Below are positions 35,671 through 46,682 of a stretch of 64,000 nt of DNA, piece after piece; position 1 is the stretch's first letter, and each line of letters starts with the position of its first letter. Source of the stretch: Azolla caroliniana (taxonomy: Eukaryota > Plantae > Polypodiophyta); assembly GCA_043228905.1 (NCBI GenBank), contig JBHGNT010000002.1:21824001-21888000 (forward strand), read 5' to 3'. Both the position numbers and the translations under genes were made by a program. The notes below the pieces were generated by a model. That model ran no database searches and had not been told where the DNA came from. It saw nothing but the letters and a program-made list of their open reading frames with translations.

Positions 35671-38356
35671 ATGTCCTCCACAGACACCAAGGTCTTGCTG
35701 GACGAGTTCTTCAGAGATCCCTCTAAGTTCTTCCACTACAACAATAACTACCACCACCATCACCATAACCAAAATCCACAGAATAACAAGGTAAGCCGTA
35801 CCCTCTCTATTCACACATTCATCACTCTCTGGTACTGTCTTTGTTATTGTTCTTGTTGTTGTTGCATATACAACATATTTTATGTTGTTAATTCCATCAT
35901 AGCATCAGCACCAGCAAAAGAGCACGGTAATCACAGCGTTAGGTGACCCCAAGGACCCAAAAAGTCCCCGATTGCTGACTCCCACAGGTAAAGCAGATGC
36001 CCCCGGTCGAGCCAATACCAATCGTTTTGCAGTTCTGAATCTCATCAAGTTGTGCCGCGAAGAAAATAACATAGGGAAGGTGCGGAAGATACATGAGGAT
36101 GTTGTGCTCAAGGATACCTCGATTGCCAAGGATGTCCGCATTGCGACTGCCCTCATTACGACATATGCTAAGTGTGGGGCTCTCAAAGAAGCACGAGAAG
36201 TGTTTGAGCAACTCCCGGTGCGTGATGTCGTGTCATGGAGTGCCCTCATTTCTGCATATGCCCGAAATGGGTGCGGTGATGAAGCCTTGGAATGTTTCCA
36301 GCAGATGCGAGATGCAGGTATCTCACCTGATCGAGTAACTTATATTTGCATTTTGAAAGCTTGTGGCCTTGTGAGGTCTTTAGAGATTGGACAAGAGATA
36401 GATGCCGACATTAGAAATCAAGGACTGTTGCAGAAAGATGTAGTGCTTGGCAATGCATTGGTGCATATGTATTGCAAGTGTGGGTCACTAGAGAAAGCAC
36501 GAGAAGTGTTCGAACAGCTTCCACACCAGAATGTTGTGACATGGAGTGCTATGATCACTGGCTATTGCCAGCATGGGCTTGGAGATCAAGCATTAGAATG
36601 TTTCAGAGAGATGCAAAATGCAGGAATCCGTCCTGATGCAATAACCTATGTTTGCATCCTGAAAGCTTGTGGCATTCTGGGGTCTCTAGAGGTTGGGGAG
36701 GATATCAACGTTGAGGTCAGAAAGCAAGGATTGTTGCAGAAAAATGTTGTGCTTGGTACAGCGTTGGTAGACATGTATGCCAAGTGTGGTGCGCTAGAGA
36801 AAGCACAAGAAGTGTTTGAGCAGCTTCCAGAGCGCAACCTTGTGTCTTGGAATGCGCTGATTTCTGGGTATGCGCAAAATGGACTTGGTGATGAAGCATT
36901 GAAATGCTTCAAACAGATGCAAGATGCAAGAATATGTCCTGATGCTGTAACTTACGTGTGCATTTTGAAAGCTTGTGCCATTGTGGGGTCTTTAGAAATT
37001 GGAAAAGATATAGATGTGGAGGTCAGGAAGCGAGGTTTATTAAGGAAAAATATTGTGCTCGGAACTGCATTGGTGGACATGTATTCCAAATGTGGTGAAT
37101 TGGAGAAAGCACATGAAGTATTTGAAAAGCTTCCAGAGAAGAATGTTGTTTCCTGGAATACCTTGATCAATGGATATGCCCAAAATGGGCTTGGTGAGGA
37201 AGCACTGAAATGCTTTGGGCAGATGCAAGATGCAAGAATTCGTCCAGATGTGGTAACTTATGTAGGTGTTTTAAAAGCTTGTGGAATAGTGGGCTCTCTA
37301 GATATTGGAGGAGACATAGATGCTGAGGTCAGAAAGCAAGGGCTATTTCAAGATAATCTTGTGCTCGGCACTGCGGTAGTGGACATGTATACCAAGTGTG
37401 GTGCATTAGAGGAAGCACGAGAAGTATTTGAGGAGGTGTCAGAGAGAAATGCAGTGGTGTGGAATGCTTTGATTGCGGGATATGCCCAGTTAGGCCAAGT
37501 TAATGCTGTTTTGGAACTGTATAGACGCATGAGAGAAGAAGATGTTGCGCCAGATTTAGTTACCTTCCTTGTTCTGCTCACTGCATGTAGTCATGCAGGT
37601 CTAGTGAAGGAGGGAGAGAAGTGGTTTGACGAGATGTGCTATGTCTATTGTCTTGATCCAACACTCAAACACTACACATGTATGATTGATCTATTTGGCC
37701 GTGCAGGACATTTTGACAAGGCGAAAGCTGTGCTTGAGAAAGTGCCACATGCTGCATTATTTCTGAGTTTGTTAAATGCCTGTAAAAAGTGGAGGAATGT
37801 GAATCTTGGGAGATGGGCTTTTGAGCAATTGGTTCAGTTGGATCAAAACTGTGCTACTGCGTATGTGTGCATGGGGAATATATATGCTGCAGCTGGAATG
37901 CAAACAGAGGCCTTGAGAGTGAGGAGCAAAGCGTGGAAGACAGGTAGACAATGTTGGTGGATCGATTCCAACGGCAAGGTGCACCCATTTGTTGTGGCTG
38001 ATAAGAACCATCCTCAAAGTATACAAATATATGCAAAGCTGCGAGAGATCCATCAGAAACTATCAGAACATGGCTACAGTGAAAGTTTGCATTGGGTGTC
38101 TCAAGTGACTTTGGATGATAAAAAGGAGAATGTGTCGTGTGGCCATACAGAGGGTCTGGCCATTGCTTGTGCCTTGATTAACACACGTGAAGGTGTGCCT
38201 ATACACGTTACAAAGAACACACGGATTTGTGCGGACTGCCATTCCGCCACAGGTTTTGTATCACTGATAGAGAAGCGCATTATTCAAGTCAATGATGCAA
38301 ATTGTGTTCATAGTTTTGTGAATGGCAGATGTGTATGCGAGGATTTCCAGCGATGA
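35671..38356 (+). CDS. PLS-E-DYW PPR RNA-editing factor, DYW:WW subtype, with a short spliced 5' exon
   Basis: Exon 1 35671-35790 (MSSTDTKVLLDEFFRDPSKFFHYNNNYHHHHHNQNPQNNK). Intron GTAAGC..AG. Exon 2 from 35903 is in frame with the 794-aa ORF: four PLS triplets, P2L2S2, E1E2, then QCWWID..HPFVVAD..HPQ..IY..L, CGHTEGLAIACALINT, RICADCH, HSF..GRCVCEDFQR*. Confidence 0.93.
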
Positions 38357-39132
38357 ACATTAAGAGTTGATGGTTTGATAGTTAAAGGAAAGTGTGATAC
38401 ATGGAGAACCTTTCAACCAATTTGCAACTGGTTTATTGGGGTATATCTGCATGTGTTGCTATTGATTTATGGATGTTAGATGTGTTTGAAACATCATTAA
38501 TTGAACCCTTGCCGACATGGAGACAATGAAATCTTACATATTGCCGCACTATTCCAAAAACTCAATTATCTAGAGATTTCAAGATGTGAAATCTGTAAAC
38601 GTTACATGTAAGTCACAAAATATAATATAGTTTCAACAAAGCTCGTAGAAATCATCATGCACACGATTGCTTTTATCTAAATCGAGTTGATCCAATCCCA
38701 GACTCTTAGGGGGAGATCAGGTTGCTAATCCAGCATGTTTAGACAGCAATGAACAATCAGAAGAAAAAAATCTTCCATACATATTTGGAACGAAAAGCAT
38801 CTGCCAGGTCTCTCTCTCAAAGATATATAACATCGTTGAGTACACAATATTAGGAAGCTCAAAATGCATGAGATTGATGCATTAGTGTGGCAACCCACAC
38901 TAAATTACATTGATTGCCCTCTTTAGGCAGGTCCTCACTGATGTAAATGCAAGACAATTATAGTCCTTTCCATATTTTGGGGTTTCGTAATTTATCGTCT
39001 CTTTAGATGATAGAATTAGACTGAATCATAAGAATTTTTAAAGGTATTTTTCTATTTTTTGACACTATGTAAGATCTTTGAAGGTGTTATTTCGGCATTA
39101 CACTCTCTACCCATCGGAAGGAGACATGACGA

Positions 39133-39417
39133 TAATATGAAACTGATACAAGATCCATTGTCTTTAAAACGACCCAAACAGAGTATAGAAACTTATCAAG
39201 GACAATGCATGGAGATAAAGGAATGTTTCTTCTCAGCTAAATTATTGAAATATGTGGAACAATTATACATGAAAGAAATGAAAACAATATGAAACTGATA
39301 AAGCGATACCATATACATCAAAGCATGGAAACCTATCAAAGGACAATGCATGGAAATAAAAGAATGTTTCTTCTCAACTGAAATATTGAGATATGTGGAA
39401 CAATTATACATGAAAGA
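39133..39417. repeat. ~145-bp direct tandem duplication
   Basis: AATATGAAACTGATA...AAGGACAATGCATGGA.ATAAA.GAATGTTTCTTCTCA..ATATGTGGAACAATTATACATGAAAGA twice. Confidence 0.85.
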
Positions 39418-40974
39418 CAAAATATGTGTTTCTCACCTAATGCACGTGGGCACCTTTTGGTTATCAAAAGCGTGAAAAATCCTTAAAATGGAAAGGGTGC
39501 AAATACACTTCTACTATACTTAGAAGATGGACTGGCTAGTGGGTAAAGAATGAAGACACGTATTACTAAATTAGGCAATAACGCAAGCTTTTGCTTTAGA
39601 TTAGTAGCATATTGTACAAAGGACAAACGGCACAAACTATTACACTACTTTGGTGAACTTTGCAAAGCTACACAACCAAACTTGTAAGTAATACTATTGC
39701 GTATCAACTCAAAAGACTGAGTTGAAAAACATTGGAAGAGGCTTATGGGAGAAATACATTGAAAGAGGCTTGTGGGACATAAAGGTTGTTATACCAAGCA
39801 ATAAGATGCATTTAAAGGCAAACAAAGGCTTTTCTAGAGAGCGTATGAGCACCATGGAAACAAGGATGTCACCACCGAATGATATATCACCTTTTCCTTT
39901 TTTGGTCCAATGCATTTGTTGATGGAATGCGAGAGTGTAATATCCAAATACAAGGGCTAATTGTCTGAGTTAGAGTACAGGTGACCAATTTTAAATCCAT
40001 TCACCAAAGATATATCACATTCCTTCATTAGCATGCACTTATCTTTGATCCCATTATACATCCAAATAGTTTTGCGATTAGTGAGCCAACATGATGGTTT
40101 AATAGTTGTTTACATTATTTACATCTCCACCGTTGTGTAAAGGTTTGATACCATTTGTAGTCTAATTGTAGGGCATATCATGTTGCAATGCATGATTAAA
40201 CATATCACTGATCCATGCATGTGCTTCCTTTCTCATCCATTTGAGCATTTCAACCTTTATATATTGAGATCTCTTGCCTTTTGAGAGGCCAAATTCTTAA
40301 GTCCTATGTATATAATTTCAATCGTAAAGAAATGAGACATGTGTGAAAGAGAACCATGATACATCATATTTCTGGCCTTTGATAGCTCATATAAACTCTT
40401 ATAATGCATACACAAGTCAAGAAGAGTTTAGTCACCATAACTCTCAATATTTTTCCCCTTTTGATTTCCCCAAAATTTAGCACATGCATCTGCTTTTTCT
40501 TGTGTTTGGAGAAATTGTTGAGTAACTTCCCATATTCTTCTTTTTCTTTGAGTAAATTGTTTGTAGTCACACAAATCCTTTACATCATTATCTTTATCCT
40601 TAAATGTATCCAAAAGGCACTTTCGAGGTTCAAGTCATTCTTTATCAAACCACTTTTTCTTTGAACTACATTTATTGATACATTTCCAAGATGTAGGCTT
40701 GTTGAAAAGCGTTTGTTTGTGCGTGAGAACCTGATTTTCTTAAAAGCTTCTCGTTTGCATTCTAGTGTGGCACCATGTTGTATCTTTGTCATTTGTAATA
40801 TATCCTCAACCATCTTGGAATGCATGGTTCATGCTTAAGTGTGGTTCTTTATAATCTTCAACGACCATCTCACAACCAAACCTAGTCATACATTTGAGGT
40901 CACTACATATAAAGTCCTATTATTGGATTTGGGTGTCCATTCACCAAGTGAGAATTTGTGTATGTGATCCAAAA

Positions 40975-41402
40975 TGTCATGATATGGCATGGTATGACTC
41001 CAAAAGGATTTAAACTCATGACCTTGTGTTACATGGGTTGAAGCCATACCATTAAGCTATACATTTTAATATAAAAGATATTATTTTCATTTATTATTTC
41101 ACTATAGAAAATTCATGTATATTTTATATTACTATAGAACATTCTAGAAACTTCAGGAGTACTCCTGACAATACTATAAATAGAGGCACATGGCATTATT
41201 CAGAACCAATTCGGTTCAACGCTAGTCATTAAGCCTCTTAGTTATCCTTGTACTCTCTTCATATAATATACTCTCTGTTATCATACGTCTCTCTTTCACA
41301 CACACACACACACACACTCTCTCTCTCTCTCACTCACTCACTCACTCTCTATCTCTCTCTCTCTAGTACTAATCCTCTCATTCTCTAGTACTACTCCTGA
41401 TA
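40975..41402 (+). repeat. 5' LTR of the chromovirus
   Basis: The first ~212 bp match 46683-46894 (about 10% divergent by hand count). TATA box CTATAAATAGAGG from 41174. (CA)/(CT) microsatellite in U5. Confidence 0.85.
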
Positions 41403-41787
41403 GTTTGAACCGAATTCCCCATCTTCTTATCCCTCCTTCCCTTCATACTAATCCTCTTATCATTCCTTCCTCCAATACTAAATGGCAACTGTTAGTGCTC
41501 AAGAATACCAATCCGTTTTCTCAGAGCTTTAGTGCTTGAAAGAAAAGTTTGTAGCACTAGAACAAGAAAATCAATGTTTGTTAGGGAATCTTCAACAAAT
41601 ATCTCTAGAAAAACAACAACAACACGGGAAGTTGACGTTACGCATGCAACAACTTGAAGCAACTATTGTGTCATTGCAACAAGAAGGACCAAGAACTCAA
41701 GGGATTCCCAAAGAACCCAAGATTGGTCTTCCTATGAAGTTCGATGGGACATGATCATAGTTTAGAGGTTTTCTTAATCAGGTACAT

Positions 41788-42437
41788 TGTCATGTTATTC
41801 TACACGCGCAGGAGAAGCCAAGGCGGGACCGCGGGGGTCCTGAACCAAGGAATAGCCGAACAGTGGGAGGAGCACCACGAAACCACGGCCGAGCAGCGCA
41901 CACAGATACACAAAGAATTCACAATTAAGATCGAACAACGAATAAGGCAAATATATATATGTATGTGATCAAGATTACAACCAGCTATCTGGTAAGTGCC
42001 AACTCGTTGACACCAACTCACATAACGCACACAACAACAAGAGATGGAGCCTCTACCGGAAGCACTCGGGCTTTCCACGAAGCAGGGGCGGCCTCCCAAA
42101 ACCTGCAGAGAACGATGAAAGTCAGAGGAGAAGAGCTTGGTTCCAGTCCGACAACACTTAGTCCTCGACAATGCGATACCCCACTCGGTCCCCTTTCCTC
42201 TCCCTTTATAGCCCAAGGAAAGAGACGTTATAGTCCGTTCCATCACTTTTATTCTCTGTCCTTTTGTATAGAGATCCTCCTTGATTCCCTACCTAATGCA
42301 CACGCGCTACCTAGGATATTCACATCGCCAACCTGTACCTAACTATGTACGATACATCAAAACATGTGCCCGTGTGTAAGGGCCGGTTCACGCACACTAT
42401 TCACCGATTCCTCCTAGGGACAGTTTTCTCCACGACA
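41788..42437 (-). mobile_element. Solo LTR (650 bp) of another family inserted into gag
   Basis: Termini TGTCATG..CACGACA, flanked by ACAT/ACGT. Removing it restores gag RGFLNQVRLVIQMHPSRYP. Minus-strand TATA CTATAAAGGGAGAGG at ~42197-42211. Confidence 0.8.
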
Positions 42438-45400
42438 ACGTTTGGTTATTCAAATGCATCCTTCTCGATATCCCACTGATGCATCACGACTGGGACTAGT
42501 AGACACGCTACTTAGTGGCATAGCTTTGGCATGGTTCACCCCTTTGTTAGAAAAAAAATCTCCTTTGCTAAATAAGTTTGAAGAGTTTATTATCGAGTTT
42601 AAAACATGTTTTGGAGATATCAATAGTGTTGGGACGACAATCAATAAAATCTGAAGACAGTGTCAAGGTGATCGTCCAGCCTCAGCTTATGCTATTAATT
42701 TCCGTCTACTCACCACCGATATCCCTGGGATGACTAAGTGTTGATGGAGCAGTTTCGTTATGGCCAACGTAATGATGTCAAGGATTTACTCCTGACTTTC
42801 CCCGAAGAACCAAACTCGCTCACAAAAGCAATCAGTTGAGCGGTACGATGTGATAACCGACTTTTTGAATGACGTTCGGAACGTCAGTTACAAATGTCAA
42901 GGACAAGATTAGAGCCCACATACACCTCAGTTGTAGCAAAACCTTTTTCAAGGGAGTCATATAAGGCGTCTCCGGCAAATACTCCAACACCAATGGAAAT
43001 CAACACCACACGTCGTCGTGGTCCATTATCGGAAGAGGAAAAGCAGTGACGCCGAACAAATCGACTATGTCTATACTGCAGTGAACTAGGGCATATTGTA
43101 GTAAATTGTCCCCGTAGGGCAAGAAGACATGTAAATCAAGTAGTCGTTAGTATTAAACCTGAGTTTATTTCATTAGGAGTGTTTGATAATCCTAGTAATC
43201 CAAGTTTATCCAACAAATTTGAAGTCCTTAGTCAACTAGAAGAAGAGTTAAACTATTAAGTCCGGCCAAAATAGGAGCTGTTTGGTTGGACAACCCTGGA
43301 TTTGTGCAGCCCATTAGTGGTTCCATTCCCTCGAAACAAGTTAGCAAGGTGTTCTTAGCTCAAGTAGCAGTTAGTACTACAAGTAATCCTCCATTACATG
43401 TCTTAGCACTCTTAGATTCTAGAGCCAATTCTTGCTTCATGGATAGGAATTTTGTTCAAGTTCATTAGATATCCCTAAGAAAGCTTCCTTGCCCAACATC
43501 TTTAGTAGTCATTGATGGTCACCCCATTGCTTCCGGAAATATAGTAGAAGATTCAAAGCCAGTTCATGTTGTCCTAGATATTTTGGCGTGTGAAATATCA
43601 TTTAATATAATTAATAGTCCAGAGCATCCAATTATCTTGGGGTTACCATGGTTTGAATTACACAACCCTGAAATCGATTGGAGAACAAGAAAAATCAGGT
43701 ATCGTCAACCTCGAGGATCTACTCATAGAATTTCAACCATTTCGTTGTGTCAATTGCGTGAGGAAGGACGTAAGGAACTAGACTTGTTTGTATTCGCAGT
43801 ATTCTGTGAAACATTCCAGTATCACTAAGGAGTCAACAATTCAACTTCCGAAGAAGTATCACCATTAAGCCAACGTTTTTGACTAGGTAAAAGCTAGTAC
43901 TCGTCCTCAACATCGACCGTATGATTGTCCCATTGATTTACAACCAGGAAAAGAGCCATCGTGGGAACCGATCTACAACTTGTCACCAATTGAGCTTGAA
44001 GTTCTTCGAGCGTACATAGAGGAAAATTTGGCAAATAGGTTCATTCGACATTCGAAATCTCTAGTCAGTGCACCTATTTTCTTTGTAAAGAAAAAGGATG
44101 GATCACTTCGCCTAGTCGTGGATTACCGTGGCTTGAATAAGGTCACCATTAGGAATAGGTATGCACTTCCTATGATCTCGAGTCTTCTAGAAAGGATTAA
44201 CGGTGCAAAGTTTTTAACAAAGATCGACTGATCCGACCGGGAGACAAATAGAAGACAACTTTTTGCACCCGATATGGGCACTTTGAGTATATGGTTATTC
44301 CATTTGACCTCACCAATGCACCAACAGTCTTCTAGCACGTGGCAAATGATATATTCGAAGATCTTTTGAACATCTATTTGATCATCTATTTGGATGATCT
44401 ACTAGTTTATTCAAAGACACAAGAGGTGCATGATTCTCATGTACTATTAGTACTAAAACGACATCGAGAACGTGGTCTTTATGCACAACTAGAAAAGTGT
44501 AGTTTTGATTGTAAACATGTGGAATTTCAAGGCTATGTCATCTTCTCAGAAGGAATCTCTATGGATCCAGCTAAGGCCCAAACTATGTGAGAGTGGCAGA
44601 CTCCACGTTTGTTGTGAGATGTGTAATGTTGGAAGCGAGCACGGCTTTTGTGGATCTCAAGAAAGCATTTACACCGGCGCATATTGTAACTCATGTTGAT
44701 CCGCAAAAACAATTTATCATTGAGATAGACGCGTCAGATTTCGCCCTCGGTAGTATTTTGTCACAGCAAGGTGACAATGAAAAGCTACATCCCGTACCTT
44801 TCCACTCGCGCAAATTTGACACTACTGAAATCAACTACGAGATACATAACAAGGAGTTATTAGCAATTGTGGACTCTTTTGCACAATGGAGGAATTTCTT
44901 AAAAGGATCTCCTCATCAAGTCATTGTATTCAGTGATCACAAGAATCTTGCCTACTTCCAGAATGCTCATGTATTAAATAGACGACAAGCTCGGTGGGCC
45001 CAGTTCCTCACTCGTTTCGACTTCAAGATTACATACCGTCCGGGCAAGCAACAAGGGAAGGCAGATGCATTATCACGACGCTCGTATCTAGCACCTCGTC
45101 CTGGTGATCCGACCTTCGATAATCAAAAGCAAGTAATCCTAGGTCCAACACGATTGCAAGCAATGTTGGTTTTTGACACTCCATTGGATTCCCGCCTTAT
45201 TGATACCATACGTGAAGACTTGAAGACAGATGTAACTTTCGCTCAAGCTATTCTAGATCAAATTGATTCCTCTCAGGCATCCTGTTGACAATCACAACAA
45301 CTAGGTACGGATTATCGACAATTCAAATGTTATGATGGATTACTCTTCTTTAAGAAACTTTTGTATATTCCCAATGGTCCATGTCGCCTTTGAGTAGTTC

Positions 45401-46682
45401 AAAATTGTCATGACACATACACAGCCGGACATTTTGGTAGTACTAAAATGTTGAATTTAGTACAAAGATCATTTAGGTGGCCGCATATGTGAAGATTTGT
45501 CAAAGACTATGTTCGGGCATGTGATACATGTTGCAGAGCGAAGATGTCTAGACATCATCCATATGGTTTATTGGAGCCATTACCGATCCCTAGCAAGACG
45601 TGGCAATCTATTTCTCTAGATTTTATCACATATCTTTTGGATTCGAAGGGCTTCAACGTGATCTTAATAGTGGTTGATCAATATACTAAGATGGCACATT
45701 TCTTGCTCTGTACTAAAGAAATCACATGAATTGTTATGCGTGAAGTATTTCGGCATCATGATCTTCCCGATAGTATCATTTGTGATCATGAACTTCAATT
45801 CGTCTCTAAATTTTGGAAGCATCTCTTCAAAATGCTCAATGTCACTTGCAACCTCTCCTCCAGTTATCATCCACAAACATATGGACTATCAAAACGAACA
45901 AATCAAATGCTCAAAAAATATCTTCGGTGTTTTCTAAGCTATCAACAAGATGATTGGGCAAATATTCTACACTTTGCTGAATTTGCTTCCACTCCTCTAC
46001 TAGGGTTACACCATTCTATGCTTATACAGGCCATCATCCTCACTAGTGTGTATTAGAAACTCCTAAGTTACCCACAAATCCTAGTGTAGAGAATCATTTG
46101 GAACAATTACGAAAGATTCTAGCAAAACTATCTACCCACCTACATTAAGCCCAACAAACACAGAAGGATTATGCGGATCGTCATCGGATTCCATCTTGTT
46201 TTGATATTGGAGATCGCATATGGCAATTACAATGGCACATAAAGACTACTCGACCATGTGACAAATTGGATTATCGACGGTTAGGCCCTTTCTGTATTAA
46301 CGAAAAAATTAATGATGTCACTTTTCGTCGTGATCTACCTCCGCAATTACAAATACATTTGGTATTTCATAGTTCTCTTCTAGAACCCTATCAGGACAAC
46401 ACTATTCCCAATTGTATTACACCACCTCTACCCTCGATTGAACTTGAAAATGGACCTGAGTACGAGGTTGCCGCCATCCTCGATTCCAAGATTGTTCGCA
46501 ACAACCTCTACTATTTGGTCGATTCACTAGGATATAGTCCAAGTGAGCATACTTGGGAACCAGTAGAGAATATGGCAAATGCTCAAGCTCTTCTTGAGGA
46601 ATTCCATCGTCAATATCCAAACGAATCAAGTCCTCAATCAATGACGACTCGTAACACTCATCTTTTAAAAGGGGGGTGGTAG

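Noticed and set aside
26575-38053. Many antisense ORFs over the PPR genes
   Set aside because: Shadow ORFs from repetitive codon usage.
40340-40960. Possible minus-strand Gypsy integrase tail relic next to the 5' LTR
   Set aside because: Only faint motif resemblance; not supportable.
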